In this document: positions 27,419 through 38,209 of the stretch, piece after piece | How the letters are laid out: the number at the start of each line of letters is the position of its first letter | Numbering within the stretch: position 1 is the first letter of the stretch | Source: Alphaproteobacteria bacterium 41-28 | GTDB taxonomy: Bacteria; Pseudomonadota; Alphaproteobacteria; UBA9655 | Assembly: GCA_001897795.1 (NCBI GenBank) | Contig: MKUL01000022.1 | Location: forward strand, 3,363 to 67,362 | Reading direction: 5' to 3' | Length of the DNA: 64,000 nt | Position numbers and translations under genes: made by a program | The notes under the pieces: model-generated | Database searches by the model: none | What the model saw: the letters and a program-made list of their open reading frames with translations, nothing else | Told to the model about the DNA's origin: nothing

Positions 27419-27785
27419 AAAAGGTAAGTCACTCTCTGTTTGGACAAATTGATAAGTCGACTTAGTAATTTGTCCGAAACAGAATGGTCGAGATGAACAT
27501 GATCGGTCAATTCATGTGCTAATTAAATTCAGCGATTCCCACCTGATTGACCATTCAAGAAGAAAATATTGCGTAATGGCATTTGAGTTGCCACTTTGAG
27601 TCTTAAAATGGCATTTACGATGCCAAATTGCAGAGTAAAAATAATCCAAGCCTTTACAACGTCATAGCATAAATATTATTATTCTCTCTTCGGTAATTCG
27701 TTTTAATTTAATTTTTTTATTGCAATTTACATTTTTGTAATATAAATATAATTGTTGTTATTTAAATTGTATTTATGATGGTCAT

Positions 27786-29360
27786 ATGTTTAATAAATAT
27801 CGAAATTTTTCTTTGGCGCTTTTCCTTTCTTGTTTTGTGCTTCCTTGTTCATATGCGGGCAAGGATTCAACGCCCCCCGATGAAGAAGAAAAAAAATCTT
27901 CAGTGAAACGAAAGGTGGGCACTACAAACTTAGAAGAGAATTTATTTCAAGCGCTTCCACATGAACTTTCTGTTGCTATTATTTCAACTCTCGTTGAGGA
28001 GAAGAGCAAAGAAGCTGTTAAGGCTCTTTCCTCTTTTAGGCGCGCAAGCCAGCATTGTTTAGAAATTGTTGATGGAGAAGTTCGTAGGGCGCTCAATCAC
28101 CGGGAGAAAGGTCTGGCAGTAGCCGAGGATTACCCAGAGAACTTGCTTTTACCTCTTTATTATCATTTGAATCAAGCTTCGATTGCGACTGAACCTTCTG
28201 AGGTTATTTCTTACTATATAGCTGCTATGAAGCTAGGTGATGGATACAATAATCCATTAGCAACTCACGGACTCTTCCGCTTCCTTTGGAAAAATCACTT
28301 CTTATTGGAAGACTATGTAGCAGAAGGTAATGATTTCGATATTGTTATTCAAAATTTAACCTGCCATATGAATAATTTATTAATGAAATGGAAGAAGGAA
28401 AAGGACAATAACGAAAAACTCAAAACTGAAAAGAACTTATATAAATTCTATTTAATGTCAAAAAGAACTTCTAACTCTGAAGATTTTCAGCAGGCTTATT
28501 ATGCCTTTCCTTTTGCGAAAAAACAACTTGGCGATCCTATCATGAACGCTTCTGCTTCCACTTTGTGGAATCTTTGGAAATTTTATGATCGTAATTTTCA
28601 AGATGAATATGCGCTTAGTTTATTAAAAAGCGCAGTAGAGAAGGGACTTGCTAAAGCTCAGCTTGAGCTAGCCCATTGGCGCCGGTGTGGAGAAAACAAT
28701 CCAAAGGAAGCTATTTGTTTATTCCAACTTGCTGCAGACCAAGGGTATGTAAAAGCTATGTTTGACCTTGGGTTTGTTTATGAGACTGACGAATCTGGTG
28801 AGAAGGATTTAGCGAAAGCAGCTTATTATTATAGAGCCGGCGCAAATAAAGGGAGTGCAATGTGTCAGGATGCTCTGGGAAGAATGTACATTAAGGGCGA
28901 AGGGGTGGAGCAAGACATGGATGAAGCTGTTGGTTTGCTTACTTCCGCTGCAAACCAAGGTAATACAGGTGCTCAACGGGTCCTAGCACACCTATACTAT
29001 TATGGCGAATTGTTTGACCCTAATTTAAAGAAAGTAGCACGGATTGAACCAAATTTAGAGAAAGCAGCTCATTTTGGTCATGCAGATGCGCAAAATACCC
29101 TTGGATGGTTTTATGAGAACGGCCTTGGTGTAGCACAAAGTTATGAAAAGGCTGTAGAGCAATACCAAAAAGCTAGCCAGCAAGGACATCAATTTGGGAC
29201 TCTAAATTTGGCTTATTTCTATCGTAAGGGGCTAGGCGTTCCCGTTAACATTGTTGAGGCTACTCGATTAGAAGAACAAGTAGACCCTGATACCTTTGCA
29301 GAATGGAAAGAAGCCAGGGCGGAAAAAGCTAATGAAAAGGGTGAAAACCCATCAATGTGA
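27786..29360 (+). CDS. Secreted protein with an F-box-like segment and C-terminal Sel1 repeats
   Basis: Signal peptide ...FVLPCSYA. LFQALPHELSVAIISTLVEE...ALSSFRRASQHCLEIV resembles the F-box pattern (LP.E(I/L)...I...L ... VS+.W..lv). Sel1 units are present, for example AMFDLGFVYE...AAYYYRAGANKGSAMCQDALGRMY. Confidence 0.8.
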   Translation: MFNKYRNFSLALFLSCFVLPCSYAGKDSTPPDEEEKKSSVKRKVGTTNLEENLFQALPHELSVAIISTLVEEKSKEAVKALSSFRRASQHCLEIVDGEVRRALNHREKGLAVAEDYPENLLLPLYYHLNQASIATEPSEVISYYIAAMKLGDGYNNPLATHGLFRFLWKNHFLLEDYVAEGNDFDIVIQNLTCHMNNLLMKWKKEKDNNEKLKTEKNLYKFYLMSKRTSNSEDFQQAYYAFPFAKKQLGDPIMNASASTLWNLWKFYDRNFQDEYALSLLKSAVEKGLAKAQLELAHWRRCGENNPKEAICLFQLAADQGYVKAMFDLGFVYETDESGEKDLAKAAYYYRAGANKGSAMCQDALGRMYIKGEGVEQDMDEAVGLLTSAANQGNTGAQRVLAHLYYYGELFDPNLKKVARIEPNLEKAAHFGHADAQNTLGWFYENGLGVAQSYEKAVEQYQKASQQGHQFGTLNLAYFYRKGLGVPVNIVEATRLEEQVDPDTFAEWKEARAEKANEKGENPSM

Positions 29361-29370
29361 ACCCACCTAT

Positions 29371-29398
29371 TGACAATGCCCTCAATCGAATTACACTA
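29371..29398 (+). promoter_or_regulatory. Sigma70-like promoter for the nrd leader (-35 TTGACA, 16-nt spacer, -10 TACACT)
   Basis: Read directly: TTGACAatgccctcaatcgaatTACACT. It lies just upstream of the riboswitch aptamer. Confidence 0.45.
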
Positions 29399-29404
29399 CC
29401 ATTG

Positions 29405-29600
29405 TCAAAAGGTGCAGCACTGCGAAAGCGGTGATGCTAAAATGGGAATCCGGTGAGTGTAATTTATGCAATGCCGGAGCTGCCCCCGCAACTGTAAGCG
29501 GTAAGTTGTACAAGCACAAAGCCACTGGGAATATCTCCTGGGAAGGCAGTTTGTAACGACGACGATCCGCGAGCCAGGAGACCTGCCTTTGGACAAGACT
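29405..29600 (+). promoter_or_regulatory. Cobalamin (B12) riboswitch aptamer in the nrdAB leader
   Basis: Conserved core aatgggaatccggtgag...gccggagctgcccccgcaactgtaa, then gccactgg...gggaaggc, and an exact B12 box AGCCAGGAGACCTGCC at 29572-29587. Downstream, CCCTCT(29681-86)/AGAGGG(29693-98) can sequester the RBS. Confidence 0.85.
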
Positions 29601-29704
29601 TGTAACGCGTCGGGCGGGGTGCACCGATGAGGGCGTGTCAATATGCACTTCTGGTGTATTTCCCGCTTTCAGGACTCCTGCCCTCTAACCATAGAGGGTG
29701 ACTT

Positions 29705-31612
29705 ATGAAATTTGCATACGATTTTGACCGCGATGGGCATCTCATCGATTTTGATCCCACACGAAACATTTTAAAATTTCCAGAAAAACCAAAGCCTGAC
29801 GTAAAAGGTGAGCCCGTATCTAAGCCAGAAATTTCTCCAGCAAAACTTCACCTTGACCATAGCCGTGACACCCTTCTCACGGATTTTGGTAAGGCAACCC
29901 TGGATGACCGCTATTTACTCAAGGGCGAGCGCTATCAGGATATGTTTGGGCGTGTTGCCTGCGCTTATGCAGACGATATGGAACATGCACAGCGCCTCTA
30001 TGACTATATTTCAAAGCTTTGGTTCATGCCAGCGACCCCAATCCTCTCTAATGGAGGCGCAAAACGGGGGCTTCCCATTTCCTGCTTTTTGAATACGGTA
30101 TCCGATAGCCTGGATGGCATCGTGTCAACATGGAATGAAAACGTGCTGTTAGCATCCAATGGAGGAGGCGTTGGCACCTATTGGGGATTTGTTCGTAGCG
30201 TTGGCGAATCTATAGGACGTACGGGTACGACATCTGGCATCATTCCCTTTATTCGTGTGATGGATTCGTTGACTTTGGCTATCAACCAAGGTTCGCTGCG
30301 TCGGGGAGCCGCAGCCGTTTATCTTGATATTCATCACCCTGAAATCGAAGAATTTCTAGAAATCCGCAAATCCTCTGGCGATTTCAACCGTAAAAGTTTG
30401 TTTCTCCATCATGGGATCAATATCACCGATGAATTTATGGAAGCTGTGCGTGATGATGTGGAATTTGGTTTGCGCAGTCCAAAAACCGATAAGGTCATTC
30501 GCACGGTCAATGCACGGAATTTGTTTCAGAAAATTCTGGAGACGCGCTTGCAAACAGGAGAGCCTTACCTCATCTTTATTGATAGCGCTAATAATTCCCT
30601 GCCAAAGCATCAACGTGAACTTGGCTTAAAGGTACGTATGTCAAATTTGTGTAGCGAGATTTTATTAGCCACCGGTCCCGATCACCTTGGCAAAGATCGC
30701 ACAGCTGTTTGCTGTCTCTCCTCCTTGAATGCTGAAACTTGGGAGGAATGGCATGACCATCCTTATATTATTGAAGATGCTCTGCGTTTCCTTGATAATG
30801 TACTACAAGAATTCATCGATACAGCTCCTGAAGGGATGGCACGCGCTAAGTACTCGGCCATGCGTGAACGCTCGGTCGGTTTAGGCTTAATGGGTTTCCA
30901 TTCCTTCCTCCAATCGCGCGGTATTCCCTTTGAAAGTGCTCTCGCCAAGTCTTGGAACATAAAAATGTTTCGTCATATCCGCCGCGAAGCCGATGCCGCT
31001 TCTGTCCAACTAGCAGAAGAAAGAGGAGCGTGTCCAGATGCGGCAGAGCGCAATATAAAAGCGCGTTTTAGCCATAAACTCGCCATCGCACCGACCGCTT
31101 CCATCAGCATCATTTGCGGAGGCACCAGTGCTTGTATTGAACCTATCCCTGCCAATATTTACAACCACAAGACCCTATCCGGCAATTATGCTGTCAAAAA
31201 TATTCACTTAGAAAAGCTGCTGGAAGCCAAAGGGATCAATACAGAAGAGACATGGCAGTCTATCCTCGAAAATGAAGGCTCGATCCAGCACCTGACGGAA
31301 CTGTCGCGAGATGAAAAGGATGTTTTTAAAACCGCCTTTGAGATTGATCAGCGATGGGTTATTGAACTGGCTGGTGATCGTACGCCATATATCTGCCAAG
31401 GGCAGTCGCTGAACCTCTATTTGCCTGCGGATGTTGATAAGTGGGATGCGTTGATGTTGCACTGGATGGCCTGGGAAAAAGGGATAAAAAGTCTGTATTA
31501 CTGCCGCTCAAAATCGATTCAACGGGCCGAATATACAGGAGGAGAAGGTGTTGCGGAAAAAACGACGCAAGCTCAACGCACCGATTATGAAGAATGTTTA
31601 GCTTGCCAATAA
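29705..31612 (+). CDS. nrdA: Class I ribonucleotide reductase alpha subunit, no ATP-cone
   Basis: Catalytic NxCxE (MSNLCSEI) and the C-terminal redox pair CLAC. There is no VxKRDG-type ATP-cone at the N-terminus. Confidence 0.9.
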   Translation: MKFAYDFDRDGHLIDFDPTRNILKFPEKPKPDVKGEPVSKPEISPAKLHLDHSRDTLLTDFGKATLDDRYLLKGERYQDMFGRVACAYADDMEHAQRLYDYISKLWFMPATPILSNGGAKRGLPISCFLNTVSDSLDGIVSTWNENVLLASNGGGVGTYWGFVRSVGESIGRTGTTSGIIPFIRVMDSLTLAINQGSLRRGAAAVYLDIHHPEIEEFLEIRKSSGDFNRKSLFLHHGINITDEFMEAVRDDVEFGLRSPKTDKVIRTVNARNLFQKILETRLQTGEPYLIFIDSANNSLPKHQRELGLKVRMSNLCSEILLATGPDHLGKDRTAVCCLSSLNAETWEEWHDHPYIIEDALRFLDNVLQEFIDTAPEGMARAKYSAMRERSVGLGLMGFHSFLQSRGIPFESALAKSWNIKMFRHIRREADAASVQLAEERGACPDAAERNIKARFSHKLAIAPTASISIICGGTSACIEPIPANIYNHKTLSGNYAVKNIHLEKLLEAKGINTEETWQSILENEGSIQHLTELSRDEKDVFKTAFEIDQRWVIELAGDRTPYICQGQSLNLYLPADVDKWDALMLHWMAWEKGIKSLYYCRSKSIQRAEYTGGEGVAEKTTQAQRTDYEECLACQ

Positions 31613-31624
31613 AAATGAAAGATA

Positions 31625-32710
31625 ATGAAAATGACTTACGCTGACGCAAACCCATTTGAATTGCAAGGGAAAGGCCTGATAGGCCTCTTAGAAACAACCG
31701 GAACCTATGATGTCGATCGCTATCCGTGGGCCTATCAATGTTGGAAGCGCCAGCAGCAGATTCACTGGATGGGCGAGGAAGTGCCGCTGGGGGAGGATAT
31801 CAAAGACTGGCAATCGGACATTTTGACGGTGAACGAACGCAATTTGTTAACGCAGATTTTCCGCTTTTTCACCCAATCGGATGTTGAAGTCAGCGATAAT
31901 TATTTCAAACGGTATATCCCCATTTTCCAACCGCTCGAAGTGCAAATGATGATGGCAGCCTTCACCAATATTGAAACTGTGCATATTGATGCTTACGCTT
32001 TGTTACTGAAGACTCTTGGCATGCCAAAATCTGAGTTTGAGGTCTTCCGAGACTACGCGGCAATGCGTGCTAAGGCAGATTACATGAAGAGTTTTGGGAC
32101 AAATACGTGTGCTGATGTTGCCCGAACGCTTGCCATGTTCGGGGCATTTACGGAAGGGATGTCTCTCTTTGCTAGCTTTGCTATGTTGATGAATTTCCCG
32201 CGTCATAACAAGATGAAAGGCATGGGACAAATTGTCTCTTGGTCTGTGCGTGACGAGAGTTTGCATTGCGAAAGCATCCTCAAGCTTTATCATGCTTGGG
32301 CAGAGGAAACGGGGGCTGTCACGAAATCCGTCGGCGATGATATCATTGAAGTTGCTAAAACCATGGTGTCGCTTGAAGATAAATTCGTTGAAGTCGCTTT
32401 TGAGTTGGGGGATGTGGAAGGGATGACCCCGCAAGATATTCAAAATTATGTTCGCTACATTGCAGATTGGCGTTTAACTCAGCTTAACCTGACGCCTATC
32501 TACGGTTACTTTACGGGTGGCCCTGGTGATTATCAGCAAAAACAATCCCATCCCTTAAGCTGGTTAAGTGCAATGCTCAACGGCGTCGAGCACGCCAACT
32601 TCTTTGAGGCACGTGCAACCGAATATTCTAAAGCTGCCATGCGCGGAAGCTGGCATGGAGAAGAGGGCACCTGGGCTCTCTTCGATGCCCAGAAAAAGAA
32701 GGTGGCTTAA
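31625..32710 (+). CDS. nrdB: Class I ribonucleotide reductase beta subunit (di-metal/tyrosyl radical type)
   Basis: Metal-ligand pattern FTQSD...ETVHIDAY with Tyr four residues after the His, which is the radical-Tyr position. Later ligands are FTEGMSLF and RDESLH. Confidence 0.9.
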   Translation: MKMTYADANPFELQGKGLIGLLETTGTYDVDRYPWAYQCWKRQQQIHWMGEEVPLGEDIKDWQSDILTVNERNLLTQIFRFFTQSDVEVSDNYFKRYIPIFQPLEVQMMMAAFTNIETVHIDAYALLLKTLGMPKSEFEVFRDYAAMRAKADYMKSFGTNTCADVARTLAMFGAFTEGMSLFASFAMLMNFPRHNKMKGMGQIVSWSVRDESLHCESILKLYHAWAEETGAVTKSVGDDIIEVAKTMVSLEDKFVEVAFELGDVEGMTPQDIQNYVRYIADWRLTQLNLTPIYGYFTGGPGDYQQKQSHPLSWLSAMLNGVEHANFFEARATEYSKAAMRGSWHGEEGTWALFDAQKKKVA

Positions 32711-32789
32711 GGTTAGCCAACAAAAACAACTCCTTAAAAAAACCCTGAAAAAAGGGTGCGCACTTGAAAAAGAGTGTGCTAAATAGTAA

Positions 32790-33860
<1,071 letters not shown>

Positions 33861-33872
33861 GGGGTTTAGAGT

Positions 33873-34766
33873 GTGGCCCTTTTTGTTCGTCATATAAAAC
33901 CAGGCCCTTTAAAACCGACCGCAAACCCTTACCCCTCTCGTTTCCACAGGTGGCGTCATAGCCTTGGCGTAACTTTTGTTCTGATTTTGATCGTAGGAGG
34001 TACCCTTCGGTTTTATAAGCCTTTTTATGACGTCATACAACAGGGGGCTTTCGAAAGTACAGCTTTGATCCATGGGATTTTCATTCATCCCTTTCATCAA
34101 GCTCATACTCTTCTCAAAGACACTCACACTTTTATGTATCTTAAAGAAGAGTACGCTCGCCTGAAAGATGAAAATGAAGCATTGAAATGGCAGCTCCAAG
34201 CCCTAACCCCCCTTCAACATGAAAATGCCCTCTTAAGGGAAAACTTGAAGGTACCCACTTTTGAGAAGCATGGTCATCTCACCGCTCCTATCCTTTCAAG
34301 TCCCTATGACGGCCTCCACCACTTTTTCTTAATTGCAGCAGGTCAAAGGGAAGGCCTCGAGAAAGATCAAGCCGTGATTGTGCCTAAAGGAGTTGTGGGG
34401 CGCCTTGAAAAGGTTGGGAGATATGTATCTCGGGTGTTGCTCCTCAATGACACGAACTCCCGAATTCCTGTCATGACATCAGCTTCGGAACAAAAGGCTA
34501 TTTTAGCAGGAGACGGGAGTTTTTTTCCAACACTTGTCTATGTTGGTGATGTTCGAAAGGTTCAGCGAGGAGAAAACGTAGTCACCTCTGGTCTTGGAGG
34601 GATTTTTCCTCCCGGCTTGCCCGTGGGGCGTGTGGAGGGAATCACCAATGGAAAAATTAGAGTTAGGCCCTATGTGCCTTTTCAAGATCTTGAATGGGTT
34701 CATATCTTGCGCACTAATCCCCATGGGTTTCTTGAAGAACGCAATATGGTATTGGAGGGGGAATGA
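33873..34766 (+). CDS. mreC: Rod shape-determining protein MreC
   Basis: Position between mreB and mreD, the coiled coil LKEEYARLKDENEALKWQLQAL, and the C-terminal segment VVTSGLGGIFPPGLPVGRV. Confidence 0.85.
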   Translation: MALFVRHIKPGPLKPTANPYPSRFHRWRHSLGVTFVLILIVGGTLRFYKPFYDVIQQGAFESTALIHGIFIHPFHQAHTLLKDTHTFMYLKEEYARLKDENEALKWQLQALTPLQHENALLRENLKVPTFEKHGHLTAPILSSPYDGLHHFFLIAAGQREGLEKDQAVIVPKGVVGRLEKVGRYVSRVLLLNDTNSRIPVMTSASEQKAILAGDGSFFPTLVYVGDVRKVQRGENVVTSGLGGIFPPGLPVGRVEGITNGKIRVRPYVPFQDLEWVHILRTNPHGFLEERNMVLEGE

Positions 34767-35233
34767 AACCCCTTCATCATTTTCTAAAGACTCTTCCTCT
34801 TTTGAGCGTCCTTTTTATGATTATGGGATGTTGTGGCTTAAGCCTGGGGGACTATCCCCTTTTGCCGGCACTTTTCCTCACTCCCGTTTATTATTGGCTT
34901 GTTTTTCACCCGAGTTGGCTTCCCGTATGGGGCCTCTTTGGGGTCGGACTCTTCTATGATGCTCTATTTGGATATGAACTCGGTTTTTCTTGCCTGCTTC
35001 TTATGGGAAGTTCCTTTCTAGGCCAATATGTTCGTCCTCTCTTAAACCCTGATCGATTTCTCTTGATCTGGTGTGGGTTTGGTATTTATAGCTTGGGTTA
35101 CTTGATTCTTTATGGTGTTTTAAGTTCTGGAGGCCTACCCATTTTGGTTTCATGGATTTATGGGGTTATCTTATATCCCCTTGTAGCTTGGGTTCTGAGT
35201 CATCTTCATTTGCGGCTACAATCTTATGCTTGA
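34763..35233 (+). CDS. mreD: Rod shape-determining protein MreD
   Basis: Polytopic membrane protein. A 4-nt overlap with mreC and the operon position support the call. Confidence 0.75.
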   Translation: MKPLHHFLKTLPLLSVLFMIMGCCGLSLGDYPLLPALFLTPVYYWLVFHPSWLPVWGLFGVGLFYDALFGYELGFSCLLLMGSSFLGQYVRPLLNPDRFLLIWCGFGIYSLGYLILYGVLSSGGLPILVSWIYGVILYPLVAWVLSHLHLRLQSYA

Positions 35234-37028
35234 AAAAGAAAATACACAATTCCTTCGTCGAATTCTTTTTTTAGGAATCCTACAGATCATGCTCATCACC
35301 CTTCTTTTGGGGCGCATGTATTACCTGCAGATTTTTGAAGGATCATACTATCGTCTATTAGCGGAAGGTAATCGCATTGCTACCCGCCCTCTTATTCCTC
35401 TTCGGGGTCAAATTTATGATCGCAAGGGAATTCCGCTCGCCCAAAATGAAACAAGTTTTCGAATCCTTTTACTGACGGATAAGAAAGATGAAATCGAGGA
35501 AACTCTTGAAACACTTTCAAATCTCATCACGCTCTTACCTGAAGAAAAAGAAGAAACCCTAAAAATGGTTCGAAAAAAGCGAGGTTTGGATTCTTTGATT
35601 ATCAAGGATAATTTGACATGGGATGAAGTTTCCGCAATCGAGCTTCATACAGCAGACTTGCCTGGCATTTCCGTCGAAGTGGGATCTGTACGGAAATATC
35701 CTGAGCTTCTTGGAGGAGCTCATCTCATAGGGTATGTCGCTGCTCCTTCTGAAAAGGAGCAAGAAGAAGATCCCATGCTCTCCATTCCTGGCCTTCAGAT
35801 GGGGAAGGTGGGTCTTGAGAAATATTTTGATAGTCGTCTCCGGGGTATTCCGGGCCATAGTGCCTTTGAAGTGAATGCAAAACGTAAAGTTGTTCGCGAG
35901 CTTCATCAAGTCCCAAGTGCTGCCGGTGAGGATATTCATTTAACGATCGATGCTGAGCTTCAGGCCTATGCCCAAGAGATTCTATCCATTCATGAAAGTG
36001 CTTCTGCGGTTGTGATCGATATTCAAAACGGGGATATCTTGGCTCTTGTCTCTAGCCCTTCTTTTGACCCTAATCTTTTCCCCCAAGGAATTAGCCACAG
36101 GGACTGGCATGAATTGAGGGATAATCCTTATGTGCCCCTGACCAATAAAGCTGTCTCAGGCCTTTTTCCACCCGGATCCACCGTCAAACTTTTTGTGGCG
36201 CTTGCAGCCCTTCAATCAGGTCTTATCGATAAAGAGACAACCGTATATTGCCCGGGCCATATTTACGTTGGGAATCATAAGTTTCACTGCTGGCGCAAAG
36301 AAGGACATGGAACGGTTGATGTTTCCCGCGCCCTTTCAGAATCCTGCGATGTCTTTTTTTATGAAATTGCAAAAAGGGTGGGAGTCGACCGCCTTGCAGC
36401 CCTTTTCAGGGATGTTGGGCTTGGGAGTGGAGGCTTGGAGGGTTTTCCCCATAGCAAAAAAGGCCTTGTCCCTGATAAGAATTGGAAAACGATCGTAAAG
36501 CATGAGAAGTGGACAGTCAGCGACACCATCCAAATGAGCATTGGACAGGGGTATATGCTCACAACTCCGTTAGAATTGGCGGTTGCAATCGCCCGTTTGG
36601 CAGGAGGAGGGAAAAGACTCATCCCACGACTTGAAGGCATAGAGCCGGTCATCTTTCCTGATATGGGATATGATAAGAAGCATATTGAAGCTCTTCTTGC
36701 GGATATGAGTGCGACTTGCAATACCCCTCCAGGAACCGCCTTTCGGTGGCGAATTCTCATAGAAGGAAAGGAAATGGGAGGCAAAACGGGAACGAGTCAG
36801 GTGCGCCGTATTACCATGGAGCAACGAAAGGCAGGGCAAACAAAAACAACTCACTTGCCCTGGAAGTATCGGGAACACGGCTTTTTTGTGGGCTTTGCCC
36901 CCGTCGGCGGTCCACGTTACGCGATTGCTGTTCTTGTTGAGCACGCGGGTGGCGCGGGTCCAGCTGTACAAGCTGCCCGAGATATTCTGCTAAAAGCCCA
37001 ACTACTTGAAAGGGAAAATAAGATATGA
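35226..37028 (+). CDS. mrdA: Penicillin-binding protein 2 (elongasome transpeptidase)
   Basis: SxxK (GSTVKLF), the KTG triad (GGKTGTSQ), an N-terminal anchor, and its position upstream of rodA. Confidence 0.9.
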   Translation: MLEKENTQFLRRILFLGILQIMLITLLLGRMYYLQIFEGSYYRLLAEGNRIATRPLIPLRGQIYDRKGIPLAQNETSFRILLLTDKKDEIEETLETLSNLITLLPEEKEETLKMVRKKRGLDSLIIKDNLTWDEVSAIELHTADLPGISVEVGSVRKYPELLGGAHLIGYVAAPSEKEQEEDPMLSIPGLQMGKVGLEKYFDSRLRGIPGHSAFEVNAKRKVVRELHQVPSAAGEDIHLTIDAELQAYAQEILSIHESASAVVIDIQNGDILALVSSPSFDPNLFPQGISHRDWHELRDNPYVPLTNKAVSGLFPPGSTVKLFVALAALQSGLIDKETTVYCPGHIYVGNHKFHCWRKEGHGTVDVSRALSESCDVFFYEIAKRVGVDRLAALFRDVGLGSGGLEGFPHSKKGLVPDKNWKTIVKHEKWTVSDTIQMSIGQGYMLTTPLELAVAIARLAGGGKRLIPRLEGIEPVIFPDMGYDKKHIEALLADMSATCNTPPGTAFRWRILIEGKEMGGKTGTSQVRRITMEQRKAGQTKTTHLPWKYREHGFFVGFAPVGGPRYAIAVLVEHAGGAGPAVQAARDILLKAQLLERENKI

Positions 37029-38152
37029 TGATTGATGTTATCCCTTCACTTCTTCATAAACTTGCTCGTTTGAATTGGGGAATTTTTTTTCTCCTTCTCC
37101 TTATTTCTGCACTGGGTTGGGGGCTTTTGATATCTGCGGCTGGGGGAGATATTCACCCCTGGGCTTCCAAACAAATCCTTCGTTTTGGTGTTGGCGTCGT
37201 TATCATGTTCTCCATTGCTCTCATAGACCTAAGATGGTGGCTCCATTTTTCTTATTTCTTTTATGGACTTTCCTTTGCGCTCTTGTGCGGTGTTGAGTTT
37301 CTAGGGTTTATCGGTAAGGGAGCCGAACGATGGATCGACCTTTATGTTATTCAGCTTCAACCGTCAGAACTGATGAAGATTGCTCTGGTGATGGCCCTTG
37401 CACGGTACTTTCATAGCCAATCTTTTCCCATACGCTTTCACAAACTTTTTTTTCCTCTTCTCTTAATTATAATTCCAATGATTTTGGTCCTGCGCCAACC
37501 GGACTTAGGGACTGCTCTGATTTTAGTGATGGTGGGAGGAACGCTCTTTTTCTTGGCAGGCGTTTCAATGTGGATCTTTGGAGCAGCCCTGATCGGGATT
37601 GGCGCGAGTATCCCCATCTTATGGAGCTTTCTTCATGATTACCAAAAGGATCGGATTTTTATGTTTTTTGACCCCAGCAAAGATTCACAGGGAGCGGGTT
37701 ATCACATTACTCAATCCAAGATCGCGCTGGGATCGGGAGGACTTTGGGGAAAAGGGTACATGCAAGGGACTCAAGCCTCCCTGAACTTTTTGCCGGAAAA
37801 GCAAACGGACTTTATCTTTACCCTGTTGTGTGAGGAATGGGGTTTTATGGGAGGAGCCTTTCTCCTCTCTCTCTATGCCTTTTTGATGTTCTTGTGTTTT
37901 CGCATTATTCTCACGACTCAGAATGACTTCGGTCGGTTTGTTGCTGCAGGCATGACGGTTAGCTTTTTCTTTTACATCTTTATCAATGTTGCCATGGTCA
38001 TGGGCCTTGTCCCTGTTGTAGGCATACCCCTTCCCCTTGTGTCTTACGGCGGAACGGCCATGCTCACCCTTCTTATGGGGTTTGGGTTTCTTCTAAATGT
38101 GGGGTTACACCGTAATCTCAAAATCCCGAAGTTTTCGATTGGGGTATTTTGA
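37025..38152 (+). CDS. rodA: SEDS-family peptidoglycan polymerase RodA
   Basis: FtsW/RodA/SpoVE pattern (QPSELMKIALV, GLVPVVGIPLPLVSYGGTAML) and a 4-nt overlap with mrdA. Confidence 0.9.
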   Translation: MMIDVIPSLLHKLARLNWGIFFLLLLISALGWGLLISAAGGDIHPWASKQILRFGVGVVIMFSIALIDLRWWLHFSYFFYGLSFALLCGVEFLGFIGKGAERWIDLYVIQLQPSELMKIALVMALARYFHSQSFPIRFHKLFFPLLLIIIPMILVLRQPDLGTALILVMVGGTLFFLAGVSMWIFGAALIGIGASIPILWSFLHDYQKDRIFMFFDPSKDSQGAGYHITQSKIALGSGGLWGKGYMQGTQASLNFLPEKQTDFIFTLLCEEWGFMGGAFLLSLYAFLMFLCFRIILTTQNDFGRFVAAGMTVSFFFYIFINVAMVMGLVPVVGIPLPLVSYGGTAMLTLLMGFGFLLNVGLHRNLKIPKFSIGVF

Positions 38153-38209
38153 GAAGAAACTTTTTTATAATCGTATATACCCGTATAAAGTTTTTAAAGA
38201 GGACGAGTC

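Noticed and set aside
29391-29648. Minus-strand ORFs 29391..29648 and 29405..29641
   Set aside because: They lie entirely within the cobalamin riboswitch on the opposite strand, so they are artefacts of the GC-rich structured leader.
31625-32710. Possibility that NrdB is a radical-less class Ic (Chlamydia-type) subunit
   Set aside because: The Tyr four residues after the first His ligand is present (ETVHIDAY), and the first ligand is Asp. This is consistent with a tyrosyl-radical enzyme.
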